Assembly (NCBI GenBank): GCA_951406725.2
Contig: OX597817.1
Span: forward strand, 99,758,001 to 99,822,000
Length of the DNA: 64,000 nt
Reading direction: 5' to 3'
DNA from: Octopus vulgaris
Lineage: Eukaryota
Shown here one piece after another: positions 26,192-39,816 of the stretch. The stretch's first letter is position 1, and each line of letters starts with the position of its first letter. The notes beneath the pieces are model-generated. The model was not told where the DNA came from and searched no databases. It worked only from the letters and a program-made list of their open reading frames with translations. Both the position numbers and the translations under genes were made by a program.

Positions 26192-27482
26192 CGAGGGATG
26201 TTCAATAAGTAATGCCTCTGACCCACTTGCAGTTGTTTGATCTAGCTGAAATTTTGCATGTGCAATCATTTATATCTCTATAGAGTAAGTGGCAAATTAC
26301 AGCTCTGAATTAATTGTGGTTTCTGATTTACAGGTGTTTGAACCGAGTCAAGTGTGAAATGGAGCCTGTTGAGTGTCGAGCAGTGATCCGGTTTTTGTAT
26401 TTGAAAGGACGCACACCACGGGAGACTTTTGATGAAATGAAAGTAACTTATGGTGATGATGCCCCATCATATGACCTTGTAAAACGCTGGCATCGTGAAT
26501 TCAAACATGGTCGGAACTCTGTGGAAACAGCTCCCAGATCTGGTCGCCTCTTCTGCCATTGATGAGGCATCTGTCTGTCAAGTTGAGGCTGCCATTTTGG
26601 AAGATCGACGCATAATTATTCGCCAAATAGCCCATGAGGTCAAGATTAGTACCGGGTCTGTGGAAACTATCATTCATGACCATTTGCATATGCAAAAGGT
26701 GTCTGCCAGATGGATTCCCAGGTTGCTCACACCTTTCCAGAAGCAAGAACGCATCGAGTGCTCGAGGGTGAATTTGGAGATGTGCCAAGAAGATGAGTCA
26801 AAATTTTTCAAAAGACTGATTACACAGGATGAAACCTGGGTCCATCACGATGATCCAGAGACCAAAGCCCAGTCAATGCAGTGGAAGCACCGTGACTCAC
26901 CCCCCCCCAAAGAAGGCAAGGGTGCAGCCCTATGCTGACAAGGTCATGCTCACGGTCTTCTGGGACCAGGACGGAGTAGTGATGACAGATTTCCTGGCAA
27001 AGGGTACCACAATTGCAGGAGCTTATTATGCTTCACTTTTGAGGAAATTAAGAGAAGTTATCAAAATCAAGAGGCGGGGCAAGATCAGCAAAGGCATCCT
27101 CCTCCTGCAGGACAACGCTCCGGTCCACAACTCGCTTGTCGCCAGATCAGAAGCACAGGCGTATGGCTATGAACTCCTCCCCTATCCCCCTACTTTCCTG
27201 ACCTTGCACCCTCTGATTTTCACCTCTTCCCAGTCATGAAGTTGTTTTTGAAAGGAAAGCGTTTCCCAGATGATGCAGCCTTGATTTCTGAAGTCACGTT
27301 CAGGTTGGAGGACCAAGCTAGGGTCTTCTACAAAAACGGTCTCCAGAGCTGCATCAAACAATGGGAGAAATGCATAACTCTGGGTGGTTCCTATGTAGAA
27401 AAAGACTAATAACTGTGCCAAGTTTCGTTGCTCTACTGCTATGGGAAGTGGGTCAGGGGCATTACTTATTGAACGCCCCTCG
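26192..27482 (+). mobile_element. Full-length mariner element (1291 bp) with TA target duplication
   Basis: TIRs cgagggatgttcaataagtaatgcctctgaccca / tgggtcaggggcattacttattgaacgcccctcg flanked by TA. Interrupts a SINE-family sequence (gtaagaTA|cagataagg, compare 12888-12903). Confidence 0.95.
26359..27409 (+). pseudogene. Frameshifted mariner (DD34D-type) transposase
   Basis: MEPVECRAVI.., WIPRLL, ITQDETWVHH, LLQDNAPVH and PDLAPSDF split over several frames. Confidence 0.9.
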
Positions 27483-27484
27483 TA

Positions 27485-27650
27485 CAGATAAGGAAATAAT
27501 TTATTCTCAAATGTAGAATAATGCTGATAAAACAGCAGGAACAGGATAAAATATCCATATTTTGTGGAAAAATTTGTCAGCTATGAGACTTGAACTCACA
27601 TCCCTGTGATTACCAGTCAAGTGTTTTACCAAATAAGATAAACTGCCCTC
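27485..27650 (-). mobile_element. tRNA-like-headed SINE remnant
   Basis: Minus strand ggcagtttatcttatttggtaaaacacttgactggtaatcacagggatgtgagttcaagtctc, a degenerate tRNA-like head followed by a repeated body. Confidence 0.6.
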
Positions 27651-27819
27651 TAACAAACTGATCTGCAATTTTTGAACTTATGAATCTAGCTCACAAGGCA
27701 CTGTATGATAAATTCAAATTACGATAAATGTAAACAAAGTCTGCTTTTAAGAACTGTTGAGGTGTATTGAGATGTGGATACTTTATCTTGTTCCGTAAAG
27801 TGTGAAATAATATTAATAA

Positions 27820-28332
27820 CTAGCAGTATTGCCCGGCGTTGCTCGGGTTTGTAAGGGAAATAACTATATAAGCATTTTTAGAGAGTTACTTCCCTTATAG
27901 ATGCCAATTCGGGCTTTCTTAGCCATTTCTGTTTTGGTGTCTTCAAGCCATGAAGTCGTTGTTATAAAAGAACGCTGGTCTCCTTGACCACACATTATGA
28001 CGTTGATTTCCTTACACTCCCTTCCCCACAGCTTCACGAGGGAGGGAAGAAGGGGGAGAAGCAAACAGGTGCAGGTATGACCATGGATGCCAACTCCACC
28101 GCCATCAACACACGAAAAATTATGCATTAAAATGGAATAAAAAATGATGTTAAATTATTTTTAAAATCGTAGACTCATCGTAGACGAGTGCTAATACTCA
28201 GATGGGCTCGATATGAATCACGACTATAAGATACCCGAATTTGGTTAAACTGCACCGCAAAATGTGGGAGTAGTTAGGAATCTAAATCGAAGGGGACAGA
28301 CACTCACACAACTACAGTTTTATATATATAGA
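27820..28332 (-). mobile_element. Non-autonomous Helitron
   Basis: Reverse complement of 6082-6594 with TC...CTAG ends and an A|T target. Confidence 0.85.
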
Positions 28333-28496
28333 TAAGAACAGTGGAGGTTTGCACATGAGTAATTTATTTTATAGTTATTTACAGCACATTACAAATATGC
28401 TGTAAATAAATGTAAAATAAATTATCGATGTTCAAATCTCCATTCTCCTTATTATTAATGTTATATATATATATATATCATCATCATCATCATCAT

Positions 28497-28558
<62 letters not shown>

Positions 28559-28622
28559 TCATCATCATATATATATATATATGTGTATATATATATATAT
28601 ATATATCATCATCATCATATAT

Positions 28623-28687
<65 letters not shown>

Positions 28688-28697
28688 CATATATATA

Positions 28698-29554
28698 CAG
28701 GATACGATGGGTAAATTGGTGCCATTTTATATTTCTAATTTTGCACATTGTTTTTAATTTTGTTGACTACACAGTATAATAGGGTCAGTTGGGCACCGTC
28801 TGTGAGAAAAACAGCACAATGACACAATTCAGTCTGCCAGAAATTTGGAAATGACATGCTGCACTGCTTGGCATTCATGCTGGAAGCTCCAATATGAAAA
28901 TTTAGAGTGTTTGGGTGTCAATCTGAGGACATGTACAGAGAGTGATAAAAATCAAACATCCAGTCAACATCATGATGTTTAGAGTGATCACTAGTGTTGG
29001 CAATATTATGCCTCAATTCATCTTCCCACATGGCCTCAAACCCAACATGGAGGCCTACATCAAATGCCTGGAGGAGGTAGTGCTGCCCTGGGTCAAGAGA
29101 GTGGCTGCTGGAAGACCCTATGTCTGGCAACAGGAATCTGCACCATGCCACACATGCAGGAGAACTCAGTCATGGCTGTGAGGCAATTTCTGCAACCACA
29201 TCATCCCTAACATCTGGCCACTTAACTCCCCAGACTGCAAACCCCATGATTATTATGTGCGCAGTTGAGAGAGAGACCAACAAAACTCCTTGTAACACAA
29301 AAGATGAACTGAAGGCAACGATTATGGCAGCATTTACCAAGTCAAACAAGGAGATGTCCTAGAAGAGTTGCAGGAGATTCTGAAGTTGTGTGGAAGTCGT
29401 GATTGAAGCCAATGGTGATATTATTTAATAAATTTACTCTTTAGAATTTCAAGATATTTTGATGTAATTTTGGTAAATATATCTGTTAAAATGAGATGTC
29501 AGCGTTATTTTCATTTTTGTGTAATTTAGACGACAGTTTATTCGCGGCACGCTG
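28698..29554 (+). mobile_element. Internally deleted maT-type Tc1/mariner element
   Basis: TA|cagg...gctg|TA ends. KHPVNIMMF...PYVWQQESAPCHT and WPLNSPDC. Paralog of 2579-3694 with a different deletion. Confidence 0.8.
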
Positions 29555-29689
29555 TATATAAGAGTATGAAAATTTATGTATCTTTAATTTTTACACACAT
29601 ATAATCTGAAAATTACAGTAAGTAAAGTGAGTCAATGGGTTCAGCTATGAATTTAGTAGTCTATCCTCAATTCCTTCTTAGCTCTACAG

Positions 29690-30600
29690 GCTATCACAAA
29701 GGAGTTTAAGACTGGTTGTCCTTGGACGCTTCTATAAACTGAATTTCTTCTTGGAGCTGAATCTATAGTGGAATTAGAGATGAAATTCCAGGACTTGAAG
29801 CAAAATCTAGAATCAAGAGGCCTTAGCAACTTAGCAAAGATTAATATATTAGCAAGAAGGAAAGAAGAGAAAAGTCTGGCACCATCAGGAAAAAAGTAGG
29901 TAATACCCAGTGTAAGCTATGAGCACATAAGTAGTTTTAGTGGAATTAACTGAGAAGATGAATTTTGTAAGTAGAAGATGTACTGGAGCATTATGCATAA
30001 GAAGCATATCAAAAATAGATTCTTTGAAATTCCTGGTTGGCACACTAGAAGTAGTTGATAGTTCATGCCACTTAGGTGACACAATTAGTAGAGGAGGCAG
30101 TTGTTCAGGAAGTATTGTAGTCAGGATAAGAATCGGTTGGAAAAAGTTCAGGGAGCTACTACCTCTACAGGCAACAAATGTCTCCTCCCTCAGTTTGTAA
30201 GGTGCTAATGTTAGAGCTGAAATGATGCAAGTGATGGGACACAGGTATTGAATGCAGAAGACTTGCAAAGGTTAGAATGAAATGAAGCAAGCATGCTCTG
30301 ATGGATGTGTAATGTCAGTGTGCACACATATTAGAATACACTTGAAATGAGAGAAAAACTGGTTATCAAACAGATCAGGTGTAGTGTATAAAAAAGATGC
30401 TGCACTGGTATGGACATGTGATGTGTATAAAGGATGACTGCTGCATAAGAAAGTGCCAAGTACTCCATATTAGTGGAACCTGTAGAAGAGGGAAACCAAG
30501 GAAAACTCAGGAAGATTACTCTGAAGGCACTGCATCTCAAAGAGAAGATAACAAAGGAATGTATGGATTAGCAGAAAACCCAACCACCCACAGCAAAATA
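29690..30600 (+). mobile_element. Decayed RTE-type LINE fragment
   Basis: LEVVDSSCHLGDTI..RIRIGWKKFRELLPL and LHWYGHV...RGKPRKT. Confidence 0.8.
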
Positions 30601-31159
30601 TACATTGAGGTAAGGGTAGTGTCTAGAGGTGGAGATATTTTGTATCCAACTTACTCCGTCTGACATCCTTGACTTCCACCTCATTCATCATGAATGGATT
30701 TATAGTGTTTGTTCAAAATAATTCTAATGTTTGTCATAAAGTTAAGTGAACTTGATGATGAACATTAAGGATATTTTGGATAGTACATCCTATACTTGAT
30801 GTGAGGGAAGATTTTATTTACAATGATAAATACTGAAAAATCCTATAGATTACTGATAAATCTCTGCTTAATATTTTGTTTCTTTCCGGTAATTTTTCTT
30901 TTTTAATGGCAGTAAAACTTCAATTCATATTGCTTCAAATTAAGCTACCATAGCCAGTCTTGTCAGTAATCAGCCCTATTAGATGCCTTATCTCTAACAA
31001 TGAAAGTAATTATTTCTAACAAAATTGTTTTATGCCAAGGTAAAAGAGTCTTCTTCTGCAAGGGAAATTAATTGAACTGGCCCTGTATATTATTTTACTG
31101 ATTCTAAAGAATCAAATTTAGTCAATTTGATCTAAAAATATTAAAGCATTGAACTCATG

Positions 31160-31607
31160 TTAACCATTTAATTACCATATTTCTATTGAAATATATTGCT
31201 TTTGTTTCAATTAATTTTGGAAATAAAGAATTTAGTCAAATAACTTTGTCATTATTAAATTGGTGTTTTAAACAGAACCTAGCATGAAAATTTGATGGAT
31301 AGTTTTAATTTAAATCACTTTAAAAAAAAGAAGTTAGTATTATGTTACCAGAGGCAATCTCAGGTGGGTTGGGATCAAAATAGTTAATCAAGATTTTGCT
31401 TTAACCTTTTAGAATTCAGATTACTCTGTCAAATGCTTATTTATTCAAATTGTTTTGAACTAATCATGCATTATCTCAAAGCTTTGAGATTTCAATGATA
31501 TAATTGTTTTTACAATGACATTGCAGGATAGGTTTGAGAGGCTGGATCTGGTCAGACTGAATGTAAAACAGGTTGAAAATTTGGGCCAGATATGGCTAAA
31601 GGGTTAA
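31160..31607. mobile_element. Two adjacent TTAA-flanked (piggyBac-type) MITEs
   Basis: ttaa|cc...gttaa ends at ~31160-31387 and ttaacctttt...aaagggttaa at 31401-31607. An inverted relative of the second lies at 33386-33596. Confidence 0.6.
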
Positions 31608-31788
31608 ACATAGTTACTGATTTTGACACATCTCACTTGACTTCATATTCTAGAAGGAAAAACTTCAATTTTATTTTGTGATCAGACTCTATTTAAAAGA
31701 GTATTGAGAGAAGACTGAAACACATTAATGCCAGGAATGTGACACAAGAACACCAAGAGACAGCTTTTGACAAAATAAAAGTACAAGC

Positions 31789-31833
<45 letters not shown>

Positions 31834-32560
31834 CACAGGACCAAGCTCTGGCCACGAACTGGGGAGTCAACCTGAGGCAAGTGCCTCTGCTGTGCTGCAT
31901 CTACAATAGAGTAGATGAAACTATTGCCCATATCATGAATGATTACCCTAGACTTGCCCCAAACCACTACAAGTTGTGGTGACATGACCAGGTAGTGAAA
32001 GTGTTACACTGGAAACTGCGAAAAGTGGGGGCTAGGGAGAAGCAAGATGTGGTATGAGCACAAACCATAGAGAGTGGTAGAGTCAGAGACTAGCAAAATC
32101 CTCTGGGATTTCCCAATCCAAACAGATCAGGTGCTAGAGCATAACAGACCGGATCTAGTGGTGGTGGGCAAGATGCACCACATTTGCCATATAGTTGACA
32201 TTGCATGCCCCTTTGACCGATGAATAGTTAAGAAGGAAGGCGTAAAGATAAAGGGATACAACTCTCTTAAGTATGAAATAGCCCGGCTATGGAAAATGAA
32301 GAAGGTAAAGACAGTGCCAATCATTGTTGGGTCTTTGGGAACAGTATCAGAAGGCATCAAGAGGAATATAAAGGAAATTGGTATAAAATGCCCAGTAGAA
32401 CTGTTATAAAATGTTTGTCTCCTTGGCATGGCCAGAATAATCAGGAAAGTATTAGATAGCTGAAAAGAACAAATAGCACATTACCATAGGCTGCAGGTAG
32501 CAAGCCTGCTACGCATGCAAGACTCCAGGAGCTCCAGCAAAACTTGTGATAAAGAGAAAA
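31834..32560 (+). mobile_element. R4/Dong-clade LINE 3' end (restriction-like endonuclease domain) at a (TAA)n run
   Basis: HDQVVKVLHWKL, KILWDFPIQTDQVLEHNRPDLVVV..IVDIACPFD, VPIIVGSLG and LLGMARIIRKVLDS*. The 5' junction abuts (TAA)n, the known Dong target. Confidence 0.85.
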
Positions 32561-33385
32561 AGTGTGGATTCATTATGAAACAATTCCTTTTGCCCTCAGA
32601 TAAGAATTTCTTTTTAATAAAGAAAGCACAAACAATTGAATTGATTATATTGTCATCATCTGGCTAAATGGTTTAAAGCAGGAGTGGAAAAACCTTTGAC
32701 CACAAATGAAATTTCACTTTCCTTCAAATTTGAAACAATATGAAAAAAGAAAAGACAAAACAAAATAAGACTTAACATCAAAACAATAGTAAGCCATAAG
32801 ATGAAAAAATTCTTTTTGTACGTTGTAATGCTTGTCTTGTGACCTTAATCATGAGTTGAAACATCTATGAACTTTTAATGTAACAGTTACATTTATTACA
32901 GCCAACTAATGGATTTGTATCTGTTCTTGTAATTCTCCCATTTATAGGAGTTTATTATTTTTTACCAAATATGATTTTTGACGAATGTGAATTTAAGTTT
33001 TGTTCAGGTTGCTAGCTAATCACATTATCAGAAATTTAGTAGTTCATTTGCCTCATTTAACTATTTTTCATTGAAGATTTAAAATTGATATTGTAAACTA
33101 TTTAAAAGTAGTTGATATTAATATATATAAAAAAAAAGATTTGATAGATTAAAAATGGACAATAATCATTTTTTCCCCTAAATGTAAAAAAATGGATTTT
33201 CCACCCCTAGATGTATATGAAAGATTTAACTGCAGTTTATGAATGCCACTACTTTACCAAGTAAAAAGAATAGAAAAAACTGGATAGAAATCTGTGTTTA
33301 CTCAAGTTAACATTTTAAAAAGAATTATATCTCAGCAACAAAAGAAAGTTATGAACTAATTGCAATGAAAGCTAAACTACCATGT

Positions 33386-33596
33386 TTAACCCTTTAACAT
33401 TTAAACTGGTCATAATATTCTACTTGTTTTATGTTCAAACTGGCCAGAACTGGTCTCTCACACCAACCCTTCAATATCATTCTAAAAATTAACAGTTACC
33501 TCATCAAAATCTCAAAGCCACAAAATAATTAATTCAAAACTATCTAAATAAATAAACATTACTTTTGACAGAATAATGTGAATGCTAAAGTATTAA
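33386..33596. mobile_element. piggyBac-type MITE
   Basis: ttaaccctttaac...gctaaagtattaa. Reverse-complement relative of 31401-31607. Confidence 0.6.
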
Positions 33597-33929
33597 AGGT
33601 ATGTTAAAGTTGTGTTGTTACTGTTTTAACTCTAGAAAAAGCCAGTTTGTTTCAGAGTATTAGTTTATCCCAGAGGAGTATATAAGCAACATAGTTAACA
33701 ATATCCAAGTAACCTAATAACAAACTTTGTGTTTTATTCAGTAGATGTATGTGAGACAACATATAGTAAATCCAGTATAGTAGACCCTATTTGTATGTGA
33801 GATATTGGTAAACTTTACTTTATGAGATTTATTTGCTTTAAAATCAATTCACAGAACCACCAGAGGTGAAAATTTTTCCAGGTCAAATCAGCAATTAGTG
33901 ATTTTCATTTATCCAACAAAATACTTAGC

Positions 33930-34720
33930 AATGTAATGATGGACAGTGCACCATCTATTGGATTCAGTGTATTGTAGTGAAATTTGTTTGCTTAGTAAAT
34001 AGCCTGTGCTCAAGCATGTTTTAGTTGAAAGATGAAGTGAAACACTTCATGCAAGTCAAAGGCATTCCAGTTATGGAATTAGTGGACCAAAAATAGTTAC
34101 GTGATTTTGGTACTGGCTGATGTCCATAGCCATTTAAATAATCTAAACTTAAAGTTACAAGGGTCAAATCAGTTTATTACTTCTCTTCTTTAAATCAATG
34201 CTGGAATTGTTCCTAATTCATCTGAAAAAGCACTGCAGGGTACATTATTAAACACCGAAACAATAGAAACCAAAATAAATATTGAAGTATACTAGAGTGT
34301 TTCAATCTTTTTGATCAATTTCGAAAGAAGCTTCAATATTGAGAAGTCCTTGAGCTGAAACTATGAATATGTGAAATTACTTGTGGTGTAATGAGAGATG
34401 GAGCTATTAGTGTCTTACAACTCATGTTAATTCATTTTCAATCAAATATTTTCATATCCACATGTCATAGTTTAATTGAGAATTTTATAAATCCTGAGTA
34501 GATACTGAAGATTAACCACTTTTGAGGAAAGACTTATGAAAATTTCACTTACTGACCGATGTCAATAGTTTTTCTCAACTTAAAATTTAGCCAAGAACCA
34601 TTTGTGTGTAAGACTTATAGCTAATAATTATATAAACAAATAAAAATTGCTGCAACATCAGTCCCATATCACCTCACTGAGCTTTGCAAAGCAAAGCAGA
34701 ACCAAACTTCTCATACTGAT
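33930..34720 (+). mobile_element. Highly decayed hAT (Buster/SPIN-like) transposase remnant
   Basis: MDSAPSI, HLNNLNLKLQGSNQFI and a C-terminal CQ*FFS-like dimerisation-domain trace. Confidence 0.55.
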
Positions 34721-35747
34721 GCAACGTAAAAAGTTAAAATTTAAAACATATTTTGTATGGCGTCTTCAATATCTCAGTAATTAAAACATTATAATTTTCT
34801 GGCTAATTAATACATTTTAATGAATTTTGATAAATTTTATTTAGTATTAAACTTCCTGTTTTAAAAATCTTCTAAAAACATCACATCAAAATCTATTAAT
34901 TTATGTTCCAAACACCAGCAAATTTTTCTTAATAAATTCTTCATTACTTTCATAATTAATTAAGAGAAACAAAAGGATTTAAAATTCTTTATTTTCCTCA
35001 GCATAAACGTGTCCCACAAGTTCTTATGAATTTGCAATTCGCTCCTGTTACAAAACGGGTCCTTACTTCTGAACACTGGCATAGATAACTATGTCAGTCT
35101 CCTTGGTAATATACGTAAAAATATTACAATGTCAAACGTCACAAAACTCATTCAATGCTGTTTTCATTGATTGGACAACTCACTGTTACACATTCACATA
35201 CACATTTACAACTATATCTACCACTTATAGAATTGTGCTTTCGGTAATTAGGTTTGTTTATTATTATTATTATTTTTAAATAGTGACAGATTCGCTCGTA
35301 TATACCATGTCTGTCACCCTTCCTAATTGATACAATCGCTGACTTGGAGGGAGCCTATACATGGTAGATCAACTTGTTAGAAATAGTAGCCAAGTGTCCC
35401 TCAAATCAAACAGAAAAAGTGTGGGGGATAATCATGACTTGAATGCCTTTAGTCGACTTGGAGGTAAATAACTAATGTAGGGATTAAATGGTTGAGTGGA
35501 TAAGATAGTGATTATTTTGTTGCGTATCTGACTCGAAGACTTTATTTCTTTTTACCTCGGCTTCCAAATGTATCCAAATGTATATTTGGGAATGTTAACT
35601 GCAAAAGACTAGCGCCTTGTCCCGGGAGAGATTTATTTCTCATTTACTTTATATAAAGCTTGAGCTAATTACAAACCATAAAACAGTCCTTGGTCATAGA
35701 AAACATTTACTTCCTTACACATACGCACACACATACGTGTGTATTGT

Positions 35748-35795
<48 letters not shown>

Positions 35796-36412
35796 GCGTG
35801 CGTGCGTGTGTTTGTGTGTGTGTGTAGATAATATCGAGAGGAAACCTATTTTCTTCACACATGATCGATATTACACATCATGACGGGACTTGAATCAACA
35901 TGAATATCCAATACTGAGAAGCATCTCCGTCGTACTTACTATTTTCATAAGGAAATAATTCAAATCATCTTTTAAAAAATTTAACATAAAGAACTGGAGA
36001 ACAGAAACAAGGTATGCGACAACGAATTTAATCTGAAGTACTGCGATGATATAATTATCAAAAAGAAAGAGAACAGAGTATCTAATAAATCGGAAGATTA
36101 CCGAGGAAAATAGAAAGGGAAAATTAGAAATAAATTGTTCTGATGTGAAAATATTCCAGACTAAATCGCTAATTCAGTTTACACGCATTATATCACGTAC
36201 GTACGTACGTACGTATGTACGTATGTATGGATGTATGTATGTATGTATGTATGTATGTATGTATGTATGTATGTATGTATGTATGTATGTATGTATGAAT
36301 GTATGTATGTATGTATGTATACTCGCGCGCGCACGCACGCACACACATCGTTTGTAGAAATACATAATTCCGGAGGAGAAGTACACTCTAAGATCTCAGG
36401 CCAGCAGTGTTT

Positions 36413-36472
36413 GGTGTCTGAAGATACACCGTAAGGTTAGACCCTTATGAGCGAGAAACCCAGGGTAACCCC
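36413..36472 (+). ncRNA. Type I hammerhead ribozyme motif with intact core
   Basis: ggtgt-CTGAAGA-[gtaagg/ccttat stem]-GAAAC-CCAGG-GTA-acccc, ~25 bp before (TA)n. Confidence 0.55.
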
Positions 36473-36496
36473 CTAAATCGGCCTACCCCACTATAA

Positions 36497-36603
<107 letters not shown>

Positions 36604-36728
36604 GCAGAGAGGGAGAGAGAGAGATTTTGTTTTAAGTTATTCTTAATAAAATGAATAATAACAACAATAATATAAGTGGTTTCTTCGACTCCGATTTTTT
36701 CAGTAATGTTAGTACCTTAATTATAATC

Positions 36729-36767
<39 letters not shown>

Positions 36768-38082
36768 CATATGATAACATGTTGAAAACATATATGATCA
36801 TGTGTTTGCTTTAATGTACAAGATTATGCAATGTACATAAAAAAAATCATATCATTGTGCTGCGTGAATGTAATAAACATGGGGAAATACATTTTCAATT
36901 ATGAACCTAGAAGAAAAAGAAGAAAGTTAGGCGAAGCTGAGAAAGAGGGAAGGGAGGTAATTAAAAGGAGTGAAAGGAAAGCAGCTGGTTGTATCTTACG
37001 TGGCATTCCGATAGATGGGGAGGGGTGGTAGCGTAGCACTCGTTCGCCGTCACGTTGTTATCGTCATTGTTGTGGTCGCACTGTTAGTGTTTGTAAGCAG
37101 AATCCTCACAGATGATCTTTGTGTTGATAAAATCGTTGCCTTACTCTCACTTATTATTACTATTCCCGATCTTGTTATGGTCGTCATTGCAGTACAATCA
37201 CGGTAACGTTATTTAACTCGAATAGCTAAACAGAATGTTGAAATGTCTGTTAATGTATACTTGTATGTGTTTATAAACATGTACTATTATGTATATATAT
37301 GTATCTATGTATGTGTGTGTGTATATATATATATATATATGTTTGTTATTACTGCAATCGTTGACGACAACGGTGGTGGTGGAGGTATTGGGTATAAATT
37401 CCTGATGAAAAATCGAACAACAGGTATCGTCGATTTAATTCATCTGAGGGATGTTGTTTCGTTTCCATGTTCGACAGACAAGGGCAAGGATGGGGCAGGA
37501 GTAAGTAGTGGGAGCCAGGGTGGGTAGTGTTGCAGCGGTGACGTCAGGTGCTTTGACGGTCCCGACAACTACATCATTAACGCCCTACCGAGAGATTTGA
37601 ATTTAATTTTGCTGTCAGGTGCTGATTGCGGCAGGTGATATCAAGAGACAATCTCTTGACAGGGAGTTGATTCAATCATCAACATCAATTGCTATGAATG
37701 TCAGTTACCGGCTGTCAGGGTTCGACTCCATCCAGTTCTTTTCGATACCCCGCCTCCCTCGGTGCAACTGTTGCGCCAACTACACTGTTTAGCGGAAACA
37801 TTTAATACGCTGGAGAGTGGTTTCCAGAACAGGTAGAATCCTGGCTTAGGTGGCAACAACTACACTAATATGTAGAATCCCTTTTTATTAGTACTGTCTT
37901 GCGACAACTATCTTCTGTTGTTACATTTACAAATGCAGAGTAAACTGAAGATGCAGTCACAAATATCTTGATTCTCTATGCATACCTATATATGATTTTA
38001 TACACAAACTCACGCGCGCGCGCACTCACATTTAGTCACGGAGCTTCATAAGTATCTTATGGACTTCAAACGTAGCCCTTGT

Positions 38083-38126
<44 letters not shown>

Positions 38127-38151
38127 AGATTCGCTACACACACACACACAC

Positions 38152-38199
<48 letters not shown>

Positions 38200-38290
38200 T
38201 CACACACACATACATACGTTGCATAGATACGCCAGCTTTAAGATAGCTTATTTGGCATTGACATTTGGTTTTGTATTTGGTGATCAGTGC

Positions 38291-38394
<104 letters not shown>

Positions 38395-38906
38395 ATACGC
38401 TCATACACTTTGAAGCGCCGAGTGAGTTGGTATTACACACACACATATGTTCACTATCGCCAAATGGTTAAGAATTTCGTCTCACCATCTCGTGGATCCG
38501 GATTCGATCCCACTTATTTGGCATTTTGGGCTAGTATCATTTATTTTCGATTGGCTCATTACCTTATGAGTGAAATAAGTTAGAAGGAAACTGATTGAAC
38601 GGTGTAATTTGAAGGTGTAGCCTTGTCACATTGTGTCAAACTAATTCTGCCAGAGAATTATATTAGGAATAAAAACGTGTCTGTGGAATGAGGTAATTCG
38701 GCTGATCAAACAACTGTAATACGGTGGAGATCTGTCTAAATCTTCACACACAAACATAACTTTAATCTTGTACTTGTTTCAGTCATTGGACTGCCGGCCA
38801 TTCTGAGGCATTACCTTGAAGAGTTTAATCGAATAAAACGGTCGCATTATTAAGTTTGGTACTTAATCTATCGATATCTTTCAGCTTGTGAGGCGTAAAA
38901 AAACCA

Positions 38907-39676
38907 AGGGGCTAAACACAGAGGGGACAAACAAGGACAGACATAGGTATTAAGTCGATTACATCGACTCCAGTGCGTAACTGGTACTTAATTTATCGAC
39001 CCCGAAAGGATGAAAGGCAAAGTCGACCTCGGCGGAATTTGAACTCACAACGTAACGGCAGACGAAATACCTATTTCTTTATTACCCACAAGGGGCTAAA
39101 CACAGAGGGGACAAACAAGGACAGACATAGGTATTAAATCGATTACATCGACCCCAGTGCGTAACTGGTACTTAATTTATCGACCCCGAAAGGATGAAAG
39201 GCAAAGTCGACCTCGGCGGAATTTGAACTCACAACGTAACGGCAGACGAAATATCTATTTCTTTATTACCCACAAGGGGCTAAACACAGAGGGGACAAAC
39301 AAGGACAGACATAGGTATTAAGTCGATTACATCGACCCCAGTGCGTAACTGGTACTTAATTTATCGACCCCGAAAGGATGAAAGGCAAAGTCGATCTCGG
39401 CGGAATTTGAACTCACAACGTAACGCAGACGAAATACCTATTTCTATTTCTTTATTACCCACAAGGGGCTAAACACAGAGGCAACAAACAAGGACAGACA
39501 TAGGTATTAAGTCGATTACATCAACCCCAGTTCGTAACTGGTACTTAATTTATCGACCCCGAAAGGATGAAAGACAAAGTCGATCTCGGCGGAATTTGAA
39601 CTCAGAACGTAACGCAGACGAAATACCGTTAAGCATTTCGCCCGGCGTGCTAACGTTTCTGCCAGCTCGCCGCCTT
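38907..39676 (-). mobile_element. tRNA-derived SINE with four tandem ~184-189-bp body units
   Basis: Unit ggggctaaacacagagg...ggaatttgaactcacaacgtaacg starts at ~38907, 39092, 39276 and 39465. A single head (ggcggcgagctggcagaaacgttagc) lies at 39645-39675. Confidence 0.9.
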
Positions 39677-39743
39677 ATCAATACCAGTTGTCAAGACATA
39701 CACAAGCACAAAGACGCATATACACACATGTACGCACGCGCAG

Positions 39744-39778
<35 letters not shown>

Positions 39779-39779
39779 A

Positions 39780-39816
<37 letters not shown>

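Noticed and set aside
27575-27650. Possible tRNA gene on minus strand
   Set aside because: Stems are degenerate and it continues into a repeated body, so it is a SINE head.
30655-35082. Possible minus-strand exons (ATG CCA GTG TTC AGA A|gtaag at 35067-35082; AG...GT segment 30655-30832)
   Set aside because: The joined frame stops after ~27 codons and no homology is recognisable; splice-like words occur by chance. A non-coding transcript cannot be excluded without RNA-seq.
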